Shown: one piece after another, positions 41,522 to 44,125 of the stretch
How positions within the stretch are numbered: the first letter of the stretch is position 1
Layout of the letters: every line of letters starts with the position of its first letter
From: a virus
Taxonomy: Duplodnaviria; Caudoviricetes
Reading direction: 5' to 3' (one strand)
DNA: 44,125 nucleotides
Virus record (IMG/VR): IMGVR_UViG_3300022177_000046
Coordinates: 1-44,125 of that record
The notes under the pieces: generated by a model
Told to the model about the DNA's origin: nothing
Seen by the model: the letters and a program-made list of their open reading frames with translations, nothing else
Databases searched by the model: none
Position numbers and translations under genes: made by a program

Positions 41522-44125
41522 ATGGGTAAATTAGATAATGCAACCTTTGGTGAAGTGTTATATAAGGATATTGATGAAAATTCTTTTCTTAATGAGTTGT
41601 ATGAAAACATTCTTTATAACTATTCTCTACAGCTTTTTAAAATTGATAGGATAAAAAAGGATGTAGATATTGCTGCAGCATTGCGCTTTGCCGATATACT
41701 GTCAAAGTCTGTTGATAAAGAAAAATCAGACAAGCATAAGATTTGGGCACAAGAAATTGTCGCGCTATTATATTCGATGTATCCGCAAGATGAAAAAGTT
41801 AAGCATTATATAGGTTCTGTTCTTTCCAATACGGGGAATTATCGTGGCATGAGTATGATCACACCCGAGTATCAACCGGCAACCTTTCTCGACAAATTGT
41901 ATACTGAGTTTAACAAGGAATACTTGAGTATACCGGCAGAACAAGACTCGCAATTTTTCCGCTCGCAAAAAGAGGTTTATGATCATTTGAATGACCCATA
42001 TTTTAGTTATTCTGGACCAACATCAATGGGAAAATCCTTTGTATTGCGAATGTTTATAAAGAAAAAAATAATGGATGGAAATGCAATGAATTTTGCAGTG
42101 CTTGTTCCTACGAAAGCTTTAATCAATGAAGTTACAACTAAAATTATTAATGACCTTAAAGAAATGCTCCAAAAGTATAATTATAGGTTAGTGACATCTA
42201 CTGGTGCGATCGTTCTGAAGGAAGATCATAATTTTATATTTATTCTAACTCCAGAGAGATTGCTTTATTTACTGATAAGCTATCCGAACATTCATATTGA
42301 CTATTTATTCATTGATGAGGCGCATAAAATTTCTGCTAAGGGTAGTAGAAGTACATTTTATTATAAAGTTGTCGATATGCTTTCACAGCAGAATAAACGT
42401 CCACATATTGTTTTTGCATCCCCCAATATTCCTAACCCGGAAGTCTATTTAGACCTGATACCAGGCATTGAAAATATAAATGAATACAAACTAGCGTCGT
42501 CATTTGCACCGGTCAGTCAGATGAAATTTTTTGTTGATTTTATTGACAAAGATGTTCAGTTATTCAATTCGTATAAGAAAATGTTTTCATCCATTACAGG
42601 AATAAAGGAAGAATCCAATTTTTGTGATGTTCTAAATTATGTGGGGTATGGTTTGCAAAACATTGTGTATTGTAGTTCTACAGCACAGGCCATTGATATG
42701 GCACTAAAATATGCAGATGGGAAAAGTACAAAGTTAGATAAAGACTTGATTGCATTGTCAAAAGATATCAAGAACGAAGTTCATGGTGACTACTACCTTG
42801 CTGAACTTATTACAAGGGGGATTGCATACCATATTGGATATTTGCCAGCGGCCATCCGTATGAAAATAGAGGATTTATTTCGTGATGGATTGATAACAAC
42901 AGTTTTCTGTACTAGTACATTGGTCGAAGGTGTTAACCTTCCAGCAGATAATTTGTTTATAACAAGTTATAAAAATGGTCGTTCCCCTATGACTCCTGTT
43001 GATTTTAAGAACTTAATTGGCAGGGTTGGTCGTATAGAATACAATTTGTATGGAAATGTATTCCTTGTTCGTTTAGAAAACAAGGTAAAATCCGAAGATT
43101 TCATAGAGCTTCTTACAAAAGATGTTCCAGAACAGAAACTTTCGCTTACTTCAGAACTTAAACCAAAACACAAAAAAGAAATTATTTCAAGTTTGCTGGA
43201 AGGAAATGTTGAATTTAAAAAATTATCTGGCCAAAGTGAAGAGTCCTATTCGCTTATGCGAAAATTTGCAATAATCCTGTTGAGAGATATTGTGAATGAT
43301 AGAAATAGTAGAGTAAGAAAGGAATTTGAACCGTTTTTACAAACTGCTGATATAGCTCGGATAAAGGAAGTATTTGTTAATAGTTATAATAAGCCAGATG
43401 ATGATATAAATGTCTCAATAGACCAAGCCAATAATTTGACAGTAGCTATAGCGCATGGCTTAAAGTATCCAGAACTGAATGAAAATGGTAATATAGATTA
43501 TAACGAACTTGTAGATTTCCTTGAAACTTTGAGTCGTGTTTTTAAATGGCATAAGTACGAAACATCGACTCTTGGTAAACGAGGTGCAAATGGCAAACAC
43601 AGTATGTTGAAGTGGTATGCTGTTATTCTATCTCAATGGATGTCTGGTTCCGGGCTTAGTTTTATTACAACAAAGGCAATTGAATATAAGCAGGAACATG
43701 CAGATTCTAAAATAATGAAAATGTACAAGCTAATACCTTATGATAATTCATTGGAGCATAGAAATATCGTAATTGCAGAAACACTTAGTGTAATTGAAAA
43801 TGTTGTATTATTCAGTATTTCAAATTATTTCCTTAGATTTTCTACAGAATATAAGCGTTTTCACAAGTTGGAAACGATGGATAATGATTGGTATGAGTAT
43901 TTAGAATATGGAACAACCAATCCTTTGACCATATTGTTGCAGCGTAGTGGGTTTTCAAGAGAAACATCTACATATATAAAAATGCATAAAAAAGAATATG
44001 TTGTAATTTTATCTAATGGTGATATTAAGTTAAAGTGGTCATTAGTTGATTGCGGTAACATAAGCGTAAGCCGTGAAGTTGCTGATATTCAATACAATAT
44101 ACCGGAACTCTTTATAACAGAATAG
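41522..44125 (+). CDS. hamB: Hachiman HamB-like Ski2/DEAH helicase
   Basis: GPTSMGKS, VPTKALI, TPER, DEAH, GIAYH, CTSTLVEGVNLPA, NLIGRVGR. Confidence 0.85.
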   Translation: MGKLDNATFGEVLYKDIDENSFLNELYENILYNYSLQLFKIDRIKKDVDIAAALRFADILSKSVDKEKSDKHKIWAQEIVALLYSMYPQDEKVKHYIGSVLSNTGNYRGMSMITPEYQPATFLDKLYTEFNKEYLSIPAEQDSQFFRSQKEVYDHLNDPYFSYSGPTSMGKSFVLRMFIKKKIMDGNAMNFAVLVPTKALINEVTTKIINDLKEMLQKYNYRLVTSTGAIVLKEDHNFIFILTPERLLYLLISYPNIHIDYLFIDEAHKISAKGSRSTFYYKVVDMLSQQNKRPHIVFASPNIPNPEVYLDLIPGIENINEYKLASSFAPVSQMKFFVDFIDKDVQLFNSYKKMFSSITGIKEESNFCDVLNYVGYGLQNIVYCSSTAQAIDMALKYADGKSTKLDKDLIALSKDIKNEVHGDYYLAELITRGIAYHIGYLPAAIRMKIEDLFRDGLITTVFCTSTLVEGVNLPADNLFITSYKNGRSPMTPVDFKNLIGRVGRIEYNLYGNVFLVRLENKVKSEDFIELLTKDVPEQKLSLTSELKPKHKKEIISSLLEGNVEFKKLSGQSEESYSLMRKFAIILLRDIVNDRNSRVRKEFEPFLQTADIARIKEVFVNSYNKPDDDINVSIDQANNLTVAIAHGLKYPELNENGNIDYNELVDFLETLSRVFKWHKYETSTLGKRGANGKHSMLKWYAVILSQWMSGSGLSFITTKAIEYKQEHADSKIMKMYKLIPYDNSLEHRNIVIAETLSVIENVVLFSISNYFLRFSTEYKRFHKLETMDNDWYEYLEYGTTNPLTILLQRSGFSRETSTYIKMHKKEYVVILSNGDIKLKWSLVDCGNISVSREVADIQYNIPELFITE

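Overview
The window is mostly a ~37 kb siphovirus-type prophage of a Firmicutes (Clostridia-like) host, encoded on the minus strand (~2180-39370). Read from right to left it carries: a sigma-70 region-4 regulator; replication genes (DUF2800 nuclease, DUF2815 SSB, family A DNA polymerase, Rha, VirE primase/helicase, VRR-NUC, SNF2 helicase); a late activator; HNH, TerS, MetK and a ParB-methyltransferase; TerL; HK97-type head genes; tail genes, including a chaperone with a -1 frameshift; holin and amidase; and an HTH/Zn-finger + SHOCT + two large serine recombinase module. The left flank is AT-rich and holds a TM-NUDIX gene and an internally deleted IS3-family element. Where a CI repressor would be expected, a divergent AT-rich operon encodes a small Cro/C1 HTH protein, a HamA-like (DUF1837) protein and a HamB Ski2-like helicase (Hachiman-like). 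The HamA has an extra ~190 aa N-terminal domain and an apparently degenerate nuclease motif. Non-coding highlights are a two-state RNA leader in front of the sigma gene, three copies of a GTACTCA-N9-CTTCTGTCCT + hairpin element, phased 11-bp operator-like repeats, an ori-like palindrome cluster and a probable ATA start for TerL. All family calls come from motif recognition by eye; no database searches were run.
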